IMG/VR virus record: IMGVR_UViG_3300042261_002385
Coordinates: 248,001 to 312,000 of that record
Length of the DNA: 64,000 nucleotides
Direction: 5' to 3' (one strand)
Part shown: positions 17,951 through 26,710 of the stretch, in pieces
How the letters are laid out: each line of letters opens with the position of its first letter
Position numbering within the stretch: position 1 is the first letter of the stretch
The notes under the pieces: generated by a model
Seen by the model: the letters and a program-made list of their open reading frames with translations, nothing else
The model's database searches: none
Told to the model about the DNA's origin: nothing
Position numbers and translations under genes: made by a program

Positions 17951-18520
17951 TTAAATATGTATTATATTTCTATCTTTATTCTCTATGAATGCTCTACCCA
18001 CGGTCGGTTGATGAGATTCAATAAAAGCATCTTCTTCTTTGGTTCTATAACTTTTATTTTTTAGTTCTTTTATTTTATTTTCAACTTCGATTGGTGGATT
18101 AATACTCACCCTATCTTTGTAACACCAAACTATCTCAGCGAAATTGTTATCTTTGGCTTTGCTGTTCTTTTTAGCAATCTCTGCTGCTTTTTTTAGAATG
18201 TGGTCTGGAATAATATCATCTTTAATTGCTTTAACTAAAACGTGACTTCCCGGATATCCGGATGCATGTAACCAAATGTCCTGAACACTCGAAGCAACTC
18301 CTCCGATAGATTTAGCATATTTACCACAAAAATTACTAGTCAAAAAATGATTTGACTCTTTATTTCTACCCCAGTAAACATCATATGAATTATCAAGATT
18401 CAAATCGTCTATGATTTTTTTATGTTTTATATCAACACCACTCTTACTGAACTCTTTTAATTGACTGTTTATGAGATTTTCTTTTAATACAAAATCACTG
18501 TAATTTCTAGTTATCTTCAT
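17951..18520 (-). CDS. Stand-alone NFACT-R (RqcH/Rqc2 C-terminal RNA-binding) domain protein
   Basis: YWGRNKESNHFLT, DIWLHASGYPGSHVLVK and AAEIAKKNSKAK match RqcH VGKNN.QN..LT, DIWLH.K.IPGSHV and AA..AA..SKAK. Start is the ATG at 18520. Confidence 0.85.
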   Translation of the reverse strand: MKITRNYSDFVLKENLINSQLKEFSKSGVDIKHKKIIDDLNLDNSYDVYWGRNKESNHFLTSNFCGKYAKSIGGVASSVQDIWLHASGYPGSHVLVKAIKDDIIPDHILKKAAEIAKKNSKAKDNNFAEIVWCYKDRVSINPPIEVENKIKELKNKSYRTKEEDAFIESHQPTVGRAFIENKDRNIIHI

Positions 18521-18547
18521 AACATATATATAAATTATCTTAAACAA

Positions 18548-18571
18548 AAAACCCTCTAAAAAGAGGGTTTT
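18548..18571 (-). terminator. Intrinsic terminator
   Basis: AAAACCCTCT-AAAA-AGAGGGTTTT on the plus strand, with a T-run on the minus strand. Confidence 0.8.
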
Positions 18572-18592
18572 ATCTATTTAAGACTTTAAATA

Positions 18593-19321
18593 TTAACTCA
18601 AATTGAATACAAAACTTTCAAGTTGACCGAAGTTAGTAGCACTAACAGGAACAGTAATAGTCGTTACACCACCAGACCAAGTTCCACTATAATATGCAGT
18701 TGAATGTGTCCAAGCATTTGAAGGTGTGCCTGAACCTGAAGGTAGAATCTTTGCAATTTGGTTATTGTAGTAAGCTCCAGTTGAAGCGGGTGCTTGTATA
18801 ATAAGTGAATTACCACTTGTTGTTGCTGTAGCTCCAGTAGGTAATGCAACAATGTTAGCCGCTAAAGTAGCAACGGCAGTTTCTGCACTTTGAGTAGCTG
18901 AAAAAGTATATCCAAATGGTCCAAAAATATTCCAGTTTGATGCTGTTACAGAACCAGTACCGTGTGATCCCCAGACTTGTATTTTGACGTTTGTTGCGTG
19001 AGCTAGAAGAGCTCCTGAACCTCCTGTAGCTGTTCCACCGAATGTAAAAGTAGCGGTCGCTGGTGAAAAAGTAGGTGCTACACCATTCGCTCCAGTAAGG
19101 TTATTAGATGATGTTCCATTAACATTCGCTGAAAATGTAAAATTACCACTATCTTCAGTTAAAAATCGTCCATCTGTCAAAGATATAGTTCTAGATTCCG
19201 TGAATCCAGCAACTGTAAGAGATGTTTCACCTCTTAGTCTCAAAGCTGTAACATCAAAAGTGATGACATCAGTTGTGCTGTTATAACTAGCAGAGTTAAT
19301 GTTTATGTAAGGTCTTGACAT
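18593..19321 (-). CDS. Ser/Thr/Gly-rich beta protein downstream of the capsid gene, candidate decoration protein
   Basis: Structural-protein composition, its own late-type promoter, and its position next to the capsid gene. Confidence 0.45.
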   Translation of the reverse strand: MSRPYININSASYNSTTDVITFDVTALRLRGETSLTVAGFTESRTISLTDGRFLTEDSGNFTFSANVNGTSSNNLTGANGVAPTFSPATATFTFGGTATGGSGALLAHATNVKIQVWGSHGTGSVTASNWNIFGPFGYTFSATQSAETAVATLAANIVALPTGATATTSGNSLIIQAPASTGAYYNNQIAKILPSGSGTPSNAWTHSTAYYSGTWSGGVTTITVPVSATNFGQLESFVFNLS

Positions 19322-19387
19322 AATATTTATTTTTTCTTTTATATATTTAGTTTCAAAAGTGATTTTTTTCTATTCTGAAAAGTTTTA

Positions 19388-19415
19388 TAAAAAAAAAGAG
19401 TCCCAATTGGAACTC
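19388..19415 (-). terminator. Terminator after the major capsid gene
   Basis: GAGTTCC-AATT-GGGACTC followed by a long T-run. Confidence 0.8.
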
Positions 19416-19435
19416 TTTTTTCAGAACTTATTCTA

Positions 19436-21208
19436 TTAGTTCAAGTATTGATTACCATCAACAACTTTAATAGTCATAAATTGTTTTTGTGGATACCAAC
19501 CAACTTCAGTTACTGCATATCTAGATCTTAGTAACATTCTTGGTGCGAATGTTGCCTCAGAAATGATAGAGATTGATTGAGCCATCAAATAAGGAACGAA
19601 AATGATACCTGGTTGGTCAGGATTGTTCTTTCTACCAAGAACGATTCTGTTATCGTTATATCTCATATATGGGTCAACATAGATAGAAATATCACCGATA
19701 GAACCTACTGGGTAAAGTTGACCAGAAGCATTCATTTTAGCTTTAACTGGATTAATAGTATAACCAGAGATATCAGAAAGAGCTGCAGCAAGACCCCCGT
19801 TTGTGATAAGGTATTGAGCTGGACCTACACGACCTTCAGTAGCGATGTAGTTAGAAGCGTGAGCAATCTTAGTGATAAGTTTTCTTTGAACAGCGTGAGT
19901 TGTCTCACCACCGATACCACCACCTGCAGTTACATATGATGTATCTAAGTCAAAGATTGTTGGACTAGTAACTCCTGTGTAAGCAGCAGGACCAGAGTAA
20001 AGTGGAGCTGTAGTTCTGTTCAAATCACCCAATTCAAAGATTTTAGCAACGATTTGCTTAGAAATTGTTTGAGATAATTCGTTAACAAGAATTGATTCCA
20101 TTTTTTGAACGATATCCATACCTGTGTTAGCTTTGATATCTTCGATTTCAGTTCTTCTAAGAGCTGAAGATACTTCAATAGTACCTACTGCTACTGACTT
20201 AGAAGAAATTTTAGGACCGATAACTCCAGCATAACTGTTATCATCTGTGTCTCTATCCATTGGATAGTTACCATTGAAACCATCACCACCTTGAGTCCAG
20301 TTTGCAGAGAAACCAGGGATGTGATCTTCAAGAGCTGAAATCAACTCAATTGAAGCGAATCCACTGTTAATTGTAATTCCAGCTACACTTGTGATTTGAG
20401 AAATCATTGATTGTGTAGGGTTGAATGAGTTTCTATTTTGGTCAAAACTCCACATCGCAAGTGTTCCTGTAGTAGAAGTGTAAGGATTTGTTCCTGTATG
20501 AGCAGTGTTAGCTTGTCTGTAAGCTTTGAACATAGGGAAACCATCGATACGAGAGAAACCTAAGAACTCAACAATACCTTGTTTAGAAGCTGTTCCATTC
20601 AATGTAGTTGAAATAGTTGAACCTAAGTTATTTTGTCCTGTAGTTCCTAATGAGAAAAAGAATTGTCCATTTTGTAAACCACCAGAAGACTGAAGGATAG
20701 TAGCTCCGTTTCCAGTTTGCATAGCAGTTGCTAACGTAGATGATGTAGCACCAGCGTTTAATTTAAATACTTGTGGTCTTTCATCAGCGTCACCAGATTT
20801 AGTGTCGTCATAACGGAAATCTACATAAAGTAAATCGATTTTCGGACCTGGAGATGGCTTAACAGCAACAAGGTCAAGTCCGATAGTTTGAGCTGCGATT
20901 TTCATTGCAACTGGTAATAAGTTTTGACCAACATCACCAGAACCAGCAACACCACCTGAACCATATGAGAATGATGTAGCAGAGTTACCGTAAGGTGAAG
21001 TTTGACCAGCAAGTGTAGATGGTTGTGGAGATACAACACTACCCATACCTGATACGTTAGAAGCGTTAACGTAAGCGTTCTCGTTGATTGAGTGGAATTC
21101 AGCATATTCAGCCATCCATTCCATTCTATCACCAGTAACACCCATGTTTTCCAAAACTGGAGACCACTTCTTAATAGCTTTTGATTTGTCTATTCTAATG
21201 TGTGACAT
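19436..21208 (-). CDS. gp23: Major capsid protein, T4 gp23-like
   Basis: KKWSPVLE, AAQTIGLDLVAVKP, EDIKANTGMD, ELSQTISKQI, VGSIG..YVDPY and FVPY..PRMLLRSRY motifs. Confidence 0.95.
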   Translation of the reverse strand: MSHIRIDKSKAIKKWSPVLENMGVTGDRMEWMAEYAEFHSINENAYVNASNVSGMGSVVSPQPSTLAGQTSPYGNSATSFSYGSGGVAGSGDVGQNLLPVAMKIAAQTIGLDLVAVKPSPGPKIDLLYVDFRYDDTKSGDADERPQVFKLNAGATSSTLATAMQTGNGATILQSSGGLQNGQFFFSLGTTGQNNLGSTISTTLNGTASKQGIVEFLGFSRIDGFPMFKAYRQANTAHTGTNPYTSTTGTLAMWSFDQNRNSFNPTQSMISQITSVAGITINSGFASIELISALEDHIPGFSANWTQGGDGFNGNYPMDRDTDDNSYAGVIGPKISSKSVAVGTIEVSSALRRTEIEDIKANTGMDIVQKMESILVNELSQTISKQIVAKIFELGDLNRTTAPLYSGPAAYTGVTSPTIFDLDTSYVTAGGGIGGETTHAVQRKLITKIAHASNYIATEGRVGPAQYLITNGGLAAALSDISGYTINPVKAKMNASGQLYPVGSIGDISIYVDPYMRYNDNRIVLGRKNNPDQPGIIFVPYLMAQSISIISEATFAPRMLLRSRYAVTEVGWYPQKQFMTIKVVDGNQYLN

Positions 21209-21235
21209 AGTTTAATTTTATTTTTTTTTGTTATC

Positions 21236-21242
21236 TATATAT
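21236..21242 (-). promoter_or_regulatory. Late-type ATATATA promoter of the major capsid gene
   Basis: One of ~27 intergenic ATATATA sites upstream of gene starts. Confidence 0.55.
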
Positions 21243-21287
21243 AACCCTTTATTTGCCTTATTTTTAAAGGTGTGGATTTTTTATAGA

Positions 21288-23387
21288 TTAAATGTTTTTG
21301 AATCTTTCTAAAATTGCTTGAGCTTCTTTATCAGAAAGTTTATCCTCTTGGATAAGAGCTTCGTGAGAAACTAATTTTTTAGTAACAGATTCATTCTTTT
21401 TGAGATTTCTAGTCAACCAGAAATGCTCAACTTGTGATTCAGTCTTCAATACATCTTCTGGATAAAGTCTAGCTTGTGACAAGATAGATTTTTTAGAAGT
21501 GTCGTTCAACTGTTCCCAGATTGGCTTAACGTTTTCAGGCATCAATCTGATTACTCTTTCTTCAAGAGATTCATTCTTTGTAGACAGTGCTTCAGCAATC
21601 AATGTAAGAACTTCCTTCTGTGTAAAATAACTTCTTTCGTTTATGTGAAGTTTAACAGTTTCTTGTTCATCGTTAGATAATGCATAAAAGCTATCAACTT
21701 GTGACTTGTTTAAGAATTTTAAGAAATTCAAGTCAGTTGTTTCAGAAACTTTACGTTTTTTAGCTTCTTCAATTAATTTATTAATAGACTCAGATAATTC
21801 AGAATCATCGTGACCATGAACCTCATGAGATTCGTGTCCATATTTTTCTTCGTTGTCATCATCATTGTTTTCGTGAGAATAAGCTTCTTCGTCATGTGAA
21901 GCAGGAACTCCGTGATAATTTTCTTCATTATCATCATCGTTGTTGTGATTCTCTTCTTCGTGATTTTCAAAACCATAAGCTGATAGCGAAGCGAAAGCCT
22001 CTTCATCATGGTTTTCAAATAATTTACCACCTTTAGAATTTAATTTTTCAACAATCATTCCTTGATAAGAAATTGATCTATCAAGATTTTCAGCGATATA
22101 CTCAGAGTAGGCGATGTTATCATCTAAATGCTCCGCGATATACTCAGAGTAAGCGATGTTACCTTCAACATGCTCAGCTAAGTATTCAGAATACGCGATA
22201 GAGTTATCAACGTGCTCAGCTAAGTATTCAGAGTAAGCGATGTTTTTATCAAGATTCTCAGCAATATACTCAGAGTAAGCGATGTTTTTATCAAGATTCT
22301 CAGCAATATACTCAGAGTAAGCGATGTTCTTATCAAGGTTTTCTGCTAAGTATTCTGAGTAAGAAATGTTTTTGTCTAAGTTTTCAGCGATATACTCAGA
22401 ATAAGAGATATTCTTATCTAAGTTTTCAGCTAGATACTCAGAATATTCAATATTCTTATCTAAATTTTCAGCAACATACTCAGTATAGTTAATTGCTTTT
22501 TCAAGATTTTCTGCTAAATAGTCATTATGTTTAGCAAGTTTTTCAGTTGTGTTTCTAAGAGATTTGTTCTCATTAACAACAACTTGGATTTTTTCAGCTA
22601 AGTAGTCAAGATATTTAACTACTTGTGAATTAGTTGAGTTCAATTCTTCGTAGTATTCAAGTAATTGCTCTAATTTCTTAGGAGCCATATTACCTTTAGA
22701 AATTGCACTCTTAACTTCTTTTTTAGTTGAAGCAATCTCGTTTACTAAATACTTTGAATAATCAGTCAACTGTTTCTTAGTAACAAAGTCGTTTCTGTTC
22801 ATGTTGAATAATTCATTTATTTTTGACTCGTCGGACATTTCATATATCCTAAAGTTAGATTTTGGGTTTGTATAACCTAAAGACTCATTAAGTGTTTTTA
22901 CTGACATTTTTGCTGAAGCAAAACCTGGATCAGCTACAATGTCATATGTGAATAATTTTTTCAATGAAACAGATCCGTCAGATTCAGTGATACCAGCCGC
23001 TCTAGAAGAAACGAATACCGGACAACCATCATCAACTAATGCTTTCGCTTCTTTACCCCAATAAGTGCTAAGAAGTCTAATTTCACCAGCAACAATGTTT
23101 TGTTCTTTAAGATAGTTTGCTTTAGTGATAATGTGTGATGCTCTTGCTAAAGAAGTGTCAAAAACATCTGGGTGATCAAACTCACCATAAACAGCTCCTA
23201 AACTGTTCATTCTTTCATTCAACTCATCCAACGCTGGTAAGAATCTGTCTGCTGTATAGATACGTTCATTACGGTTTTTCACTCCAAATTCAGTGAAAGT
23301 TCCACCTAAAACGTAATCTTTTTTACCAGATGCATTTTCTCGTATTAGAGCATTCGTTGAATTTTCTACGATTAATACTGATTTCAT
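21288..23387 (-). CDS. gp21: Prohead protease (gp21-like) fused to a scaffold/core protein
   Basis: KNRNERIY, GEFDHP, SHII, VSSRAAG and TYDIVADPGF in the N-terminal ~170 aa, followed by a long coiled-coil region. Confidence 0.92.
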   Translation of the reverse strand: MKSVLIVENSTNALIRENASGKKDYVLGGTFTEFGVKNRNERIYTADRFLPALDELNERMNSLGAVYGEFDHPDVFDTSLARASHIITKANYLKEQNIVAGEIRLLSTYWGKEAKALVDDGCPVFVSSRAAGITESDGSVSLKKLFTYDIVADPGFASAKMSVKTLNESLGYTNPKSNFRIYEMSDESKINELFNMNRNDFVTKKQLTDYSKYLVNEIASTKKEVKSAISKGNMAPKKLEQLLEYYEELNSTNSQVVKYLDYLAEKIQVVVNENKSLRNTTEKLAKHNDYLAENLEKAINYTEYVAENLDKNIEYSEYLAENLDKNISYSEYIAENLDKNISYSEYLAENLDKNIAYSEYIAENLDKNIAYSEYIAENLDKNIAYSEYLAEHVDNSIAYSEYLAEHVEGNIAYSEYIAEHLDDNIAYSEYIAENLDRSISYQGMIVEKLNSKGGKLFENHDEEAFASLSAYGFENHEEENHNNDDDNEENYHGVPASHDEEAYSHENNDDDNEEKYGHESHEVHGHDDSELSESINKLIEEAKKRKVSETTDLNFLKFLNKSQVDSFYALSNDEQETVKLHINERSYFTQKEVLTLIAEALSTKNESLEERVIRLMPENVKPIWEQLNDTSKKSILSQARLYPEDVLKTESQVEHFWLTRNLKKNESVTKKLVSHEALIQEDKLSDKEAQAILERFKNI
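22065..22526 (-). repeat. Eleven tandem 42-bp (14-aa) repeats of the type SEY(I/L)AENLDKNIAY
   Basis: 462 bp = 11 x 42, read from the protein and the DNA. Confidence 0.92.
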
Positions 23388-23435
23388 TCAAAAATAATTA
23401 TTTTTTACCTTTTACAGTTGGATTATATATTACAT

Positions 23436-23469
23436 AAAAAACCACCTAATTTACAAAGGTGGATTTTTT
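23436..23469. terminator. Hairpin terminator upstream of the protease promoter
   Basis: CCACCT-N9-AGGTGG flanked by A- and T-runs. Confidence 0.7.
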
Positions 23470-23564
23470 ATAGTCGATTAAAACCTTTATCAATAATAAG
23501 TCATGTAGAATTAAGAGGAAGAGCTGGTTTTTTAATAAATAACCTAAAAAATAAGTGGTTTTTT

Positions 23565-23966
23565 ATGATTCTCACTAGAGAAATATCTATCAAAATAACA
23601 GAGTCCAATATGCAATACTATGAGGACTTAGGATATGACGTTTCAATTGGTGAAAATTTATTAATTCCAGTCGAACTAATGTCAAGAGGGTCTCATTACA
23701 AAATAAAATGTAAGTGTGATAGTTGTTCAATTGAGAAAGATGTGATTTTTAAAAATTATGTAAAATACGACAATGACTGGGGACAATACTACTGTAGAAA
23801 ATGTTCTGAGAAGAAAAGAAAGGATACTCTTCAGAGAAATTACGGAGTAGACTATCCTATTCAGAATAAAAAAGTTATGTCTAAAATGAAAAAAACACTT
23901 ATGAAAAAATATGGAGTAGACAATATCTCTAAGAGAGATATTAAACAAAACAATTCTCCTGAATAA
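23565..23966 (+). CDS. Zinc-ribbon/YGV-repeat protein resembling a homing-endonuclease DNA-binding N-terminus without a nuclease domain
   Basis: CxCDxC...CxxC plus T..(K/N)YGV repeats. Likely start is the ATG at 23565. Confidence 0.5.
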   Translation: MILTREISIKITESNMQYYEDLGYDVSIGENLLIPVELMSRGSHYKIKCKCDSCSIEKDVIFKNYVKYDNDWGQYYCRKCSEKKRKDTLQRNYGVDYPIQNKKVMSKMKKTLMKKYGVDNISKRDIKQNNSPE

Positions 23967-23973
23967 AATTCCT

Positions 23974-25851
23974 ATGATACAAATATTAGAAGGAGAAAGA
24001 CACATCGGTCAGATTGATTTCTCCACAAATGGCCACGCGACTATCGTGGTTGGTGAAAAAAATCTTTTCATACATAAAAAGAATACTTTGAACGCATTAC
24101 ACTTAGATAAAGTAAAAATTGAAATATTTAAAGCAGAAAAAAAATTAGAAGCAAAAGTAATTGAAGTTATTTCAAGATTCAGAACAGAATTTGTTGGTAG
24201 AGTTCAAGTTGGAAAAAAGTCCACTTTTGTTATACCTGATAGTAACAAAATATCAGTAGACTTTTATATAAAAGGTGGATTAGTTGCCAATGATGGTCAA
24301 AAAGTTTTAGTTGAACTTACAAAATGGGAAGATTCAAAATCCCCTCAAGGTAAAATAAATAAAATTCTTGGTGATTCAGGTGAAAACGAAACAGAAATGA
24401 ACTCAATAATGTATGAGTATAATTTACCTGTTGAGTTTCCACAAGAAGTAATTAATGAATCCGAATTAATATCAGAAGTAATAACTGAAAAAGAAATCCA
24501 GAAAAGAAAAGATTTAAGAGATATAGTGACACTTACTATAGACCCAGTAGACGCTAGAGATTTTGATGATGCTCTTTCAATAAAATTAATTAACGAAAAT
24601 AAGATAGAAGTAGGCGTTCATATAGCAGATGTAAGTCACTACGTAAAAATCGGAACTAAACTAGATGACGAAGCTCTTAAAAGAGCAACATCAGTATATC
24701 TTGTTGATAGATGTGTCCCAATGTTACCAGAAAGATTAAGTAACGGAATATGCTCACTTAAACCAAATGAGGACAGATTAGCATTTTCTGTAATTTTTAC
24801 GTTAGATAAAGATGGTAGAGTCATAGAAGAATGGCATGGAAAAACAATTATTCATTCTAATAGAAGATTCACGTATGAAGAAGCTCAAGAAATAATTGAA
24901 GGTTCTGAAGGTGAATACAAAAGTGAAATTCTAACACTAAATCAGTTAGCTAAAAAAATAAGAAAAAAGAGAATAGGTGAAGGTTCAATAGAAATGGGTG
25001 GCATCGAAGTCCGTTTCAAATTAGCAGAGGATAATAAAAAACCAATCGGAGTCTACTTCAAGGAACAAAAAGAATCAAATAAACTTATTGAAGAGTTTAT
25101 GTTACTAGCTAACAAATCCGTGGCTAAACTACTCTCTAAAAATCAATGGCACAATGTATATAGAGTTCATGATACTCCAAACTACGATAAACTTCAACAA
25201 TTAGTGAATGTTTGTAATAACTTCGGATACAATGTAGAAGTAGAAGGTGAACCTGAAGACATTAAAAAGTCTCTTAATCAACTACTAAGAGACATCAAAG
25301 AAACTCCAGAAGAAAATATGATTCAAACATTAGTAACAAGATGTATGGCAAAAGCGACATATACAATTAACAATATAGGTCATTATGGACTTGGGTTCAC
25401 ACATTACTCTCATTTCACTAGTCCAATAAGGAGATACCCCGATTTAATCACACACAGGATTCTTTTTGATTTTCTAAACAAGGGAAAACAAGGTAATCCA
25501 ATAAAAATCGAAAAACAATCTAAATGGTGTTCTTCAAGAGAATTAATTGCAGCAAAAGCTCAAAGAGATTCTATTAAATATAAGCAAGCTGAATATCTGA
25601 TTGATAAAATCGGCCAAGTTTTTGATGGTGTAATTTCAGGAGTGACAGACTGGGGTATCTATGTTGAACTCTTAGAATCAAAGTGTGAAGGTATGATTAG
25701 ATTCAATTCTATCGGTAAGGTAAAAGTAGATTTAGAACAGTTTTTGGTGACTGATGAATTAGGTAACAAATTAAGACTTGGAGATTCAATAAAAATAGTT
25801 GTAAACTCAGTCGATTTAGAGAAAAAACAAATTGACTTTATTCCGTTCTAA
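23974..25851 (+). CDS. rnr: Ribonuclease R
   Basis: Cold-shock domains, RNB motifs TIDP.DARDFDDA, VHIADV, LIEEFMLLAN, GHYGL..YSHFTSPIRRYPD and an S1 domain. It lacks the N-terminal HTH. Confidence 0.96.
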   Translation: MIQILEGERHIGQIDFSTNGHATIVVGEKNLFIHKKNTLNALHLDKVKIEIFKAEKKLEAKVIEVISRFRTEFVGRVQVGKKSTFVIPDSNKISVDFYIKGGLVANDGQKVLVELTKWEDSKSPQGKINKILGDSGENETEMNSIMYEYNLPVEFPQEVINESELISEVITEKEIQKRKDLRDIVTLTIDPVDARDFDDALSIKLINENKIEVGVHIADVSHYVKIGTKLDDEALKRATSVYLVDRCVPMLPERLSNGICSLKPNEDRLAFSVIFTLDKDGRVIEEWHGKTIIHSNRRFTYEEAQEIIEGSEGEYKSEILTLNQLAKKIRKKRIGEGSIEMGGIEVRFKLAEDNKKPIGVYFKEQKESNKLIEEFMLLANKSVAKLLSKNQWHNVYRVHDTPNYDKLQQLVNVCNNFGYNVEVEGEPEDIKKSLNQLLRDIKETPEENMIQTLVTRCMAKATYTINNIGHYGLGFTHYSHFTSPIRRYPDLITHRILFDFLNKGKQGNPIKIEKQSKWCSSRELIAAKAQRDSIKYKQAEYLIDKIGQVFDGVISGVTDWGIYVELLESKCEGMIRFNSIGKVKVDLEQFLVTDELGNKLRLGDSIKIVVNSVDLEKKQIDFIPF

Positions 25852-26279
25852 TGTCAAATGTATTTGAAATAGATTCATTAAATTCCAGAATAGATAACTA
25901 TGAAGATATTCTATCAAAATTTAGCAATTGGAAAAAGTATAAAAGAGAAATTAATCTAAGTCTTCTTTTAGAAGAAGGTAAAAAAATTCAATTTGACGTC
26001 GAAATAACAAATCAACAAAATGTATTTTATGTAAGTGTAATCGAAGATGACATATCATCTCTAAACAATGTGTGCGCAACAATCAACAAGTTTACTTTTA
26101 TAATTTGTAATAACAATGTCATCAAATTAAACGTATTGATAACCACGATAGATACTAAATGGGGCAAAATAATAAGAAATTTAATTGATTCTGGTATTGA
26201 ATTGAAACTAAACCAAAGTAAAAATATAAAAAATCAAGTAGATAAATTTTATTTTGAAATTCCAAAAGTAGCAGCATGA
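25851..26279 (+). CDS. Hypothetical protein
   Basis: Translationally coupled to rnr. Contains an internal KREINLSLLL motif. Confidence 0.55.
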   Translation: MSNVFEIDSLNSRIDNYEDILSKFSNWKKYKREINLSLLLEEGKKIQFDVEITNQQNVFYVSVIEDDISSLNNVCATINKFTFIICNNNVIKLNVLITTIDTKWGKIIRNLIDSGIELKLNQSKNIKNQVDKFYFEIPKVAA

Positions 26280-26710
26280 AATTTTATAATTTAATTACAG
26301 AACACAATCAAGCTGAAATAGACAGACTAATAAGTAAAATGTCAAATACCGAGCTAGAAATAGTAAACTCAATCTATCGAGAATTTTCTTCTGTTGAATA
26401 CACAAACGAATTAGGTCTAGAATGTATGTTCGCTATACTAGATGAACATTTAGTAGATAAGATATCAACACTTTATAATTCATATAACTTAAAATTTAAA
26501 CTTTTAGACTTCACAGATAAAGTCAAATATGATGACCACTTCAAAATTGACTTTATAAATGAAAAAGGAAGGTCAGTGAAAAAAGATATTTTAGATTTAG
26601 TCAAGAAGTATAAATCAGACTGGATTTCAAAAGATGATGTGTTGGATAAAATTATTGAAAAGGGTATAGACTCCTTAACAGACTTCGATTTAGATATACT
26701 AAGCTCTTAG
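26276..26710 (+). CDS. Hypothetical protein with a C-terminal DUF6576-like helical motif
   Basis: DDVLDKIIEKGIDSLTDFDLDIL resembles the 'ILDKI...G..SLT..E..FL' motif. Confidence 0.5.
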   Translation: MKFYNLITEHNQAEIDRLISKMSNTELEIVNSIYREFSSVEYTNELGLECMFAILDEHLVDKISTLYNSYNLKFKLLDFTDKVKYDDHFKIDFINEKGRSVKKDILDLVKKYKSDWISKDDVLDKIIEKGIDSLTDFDLDILSS

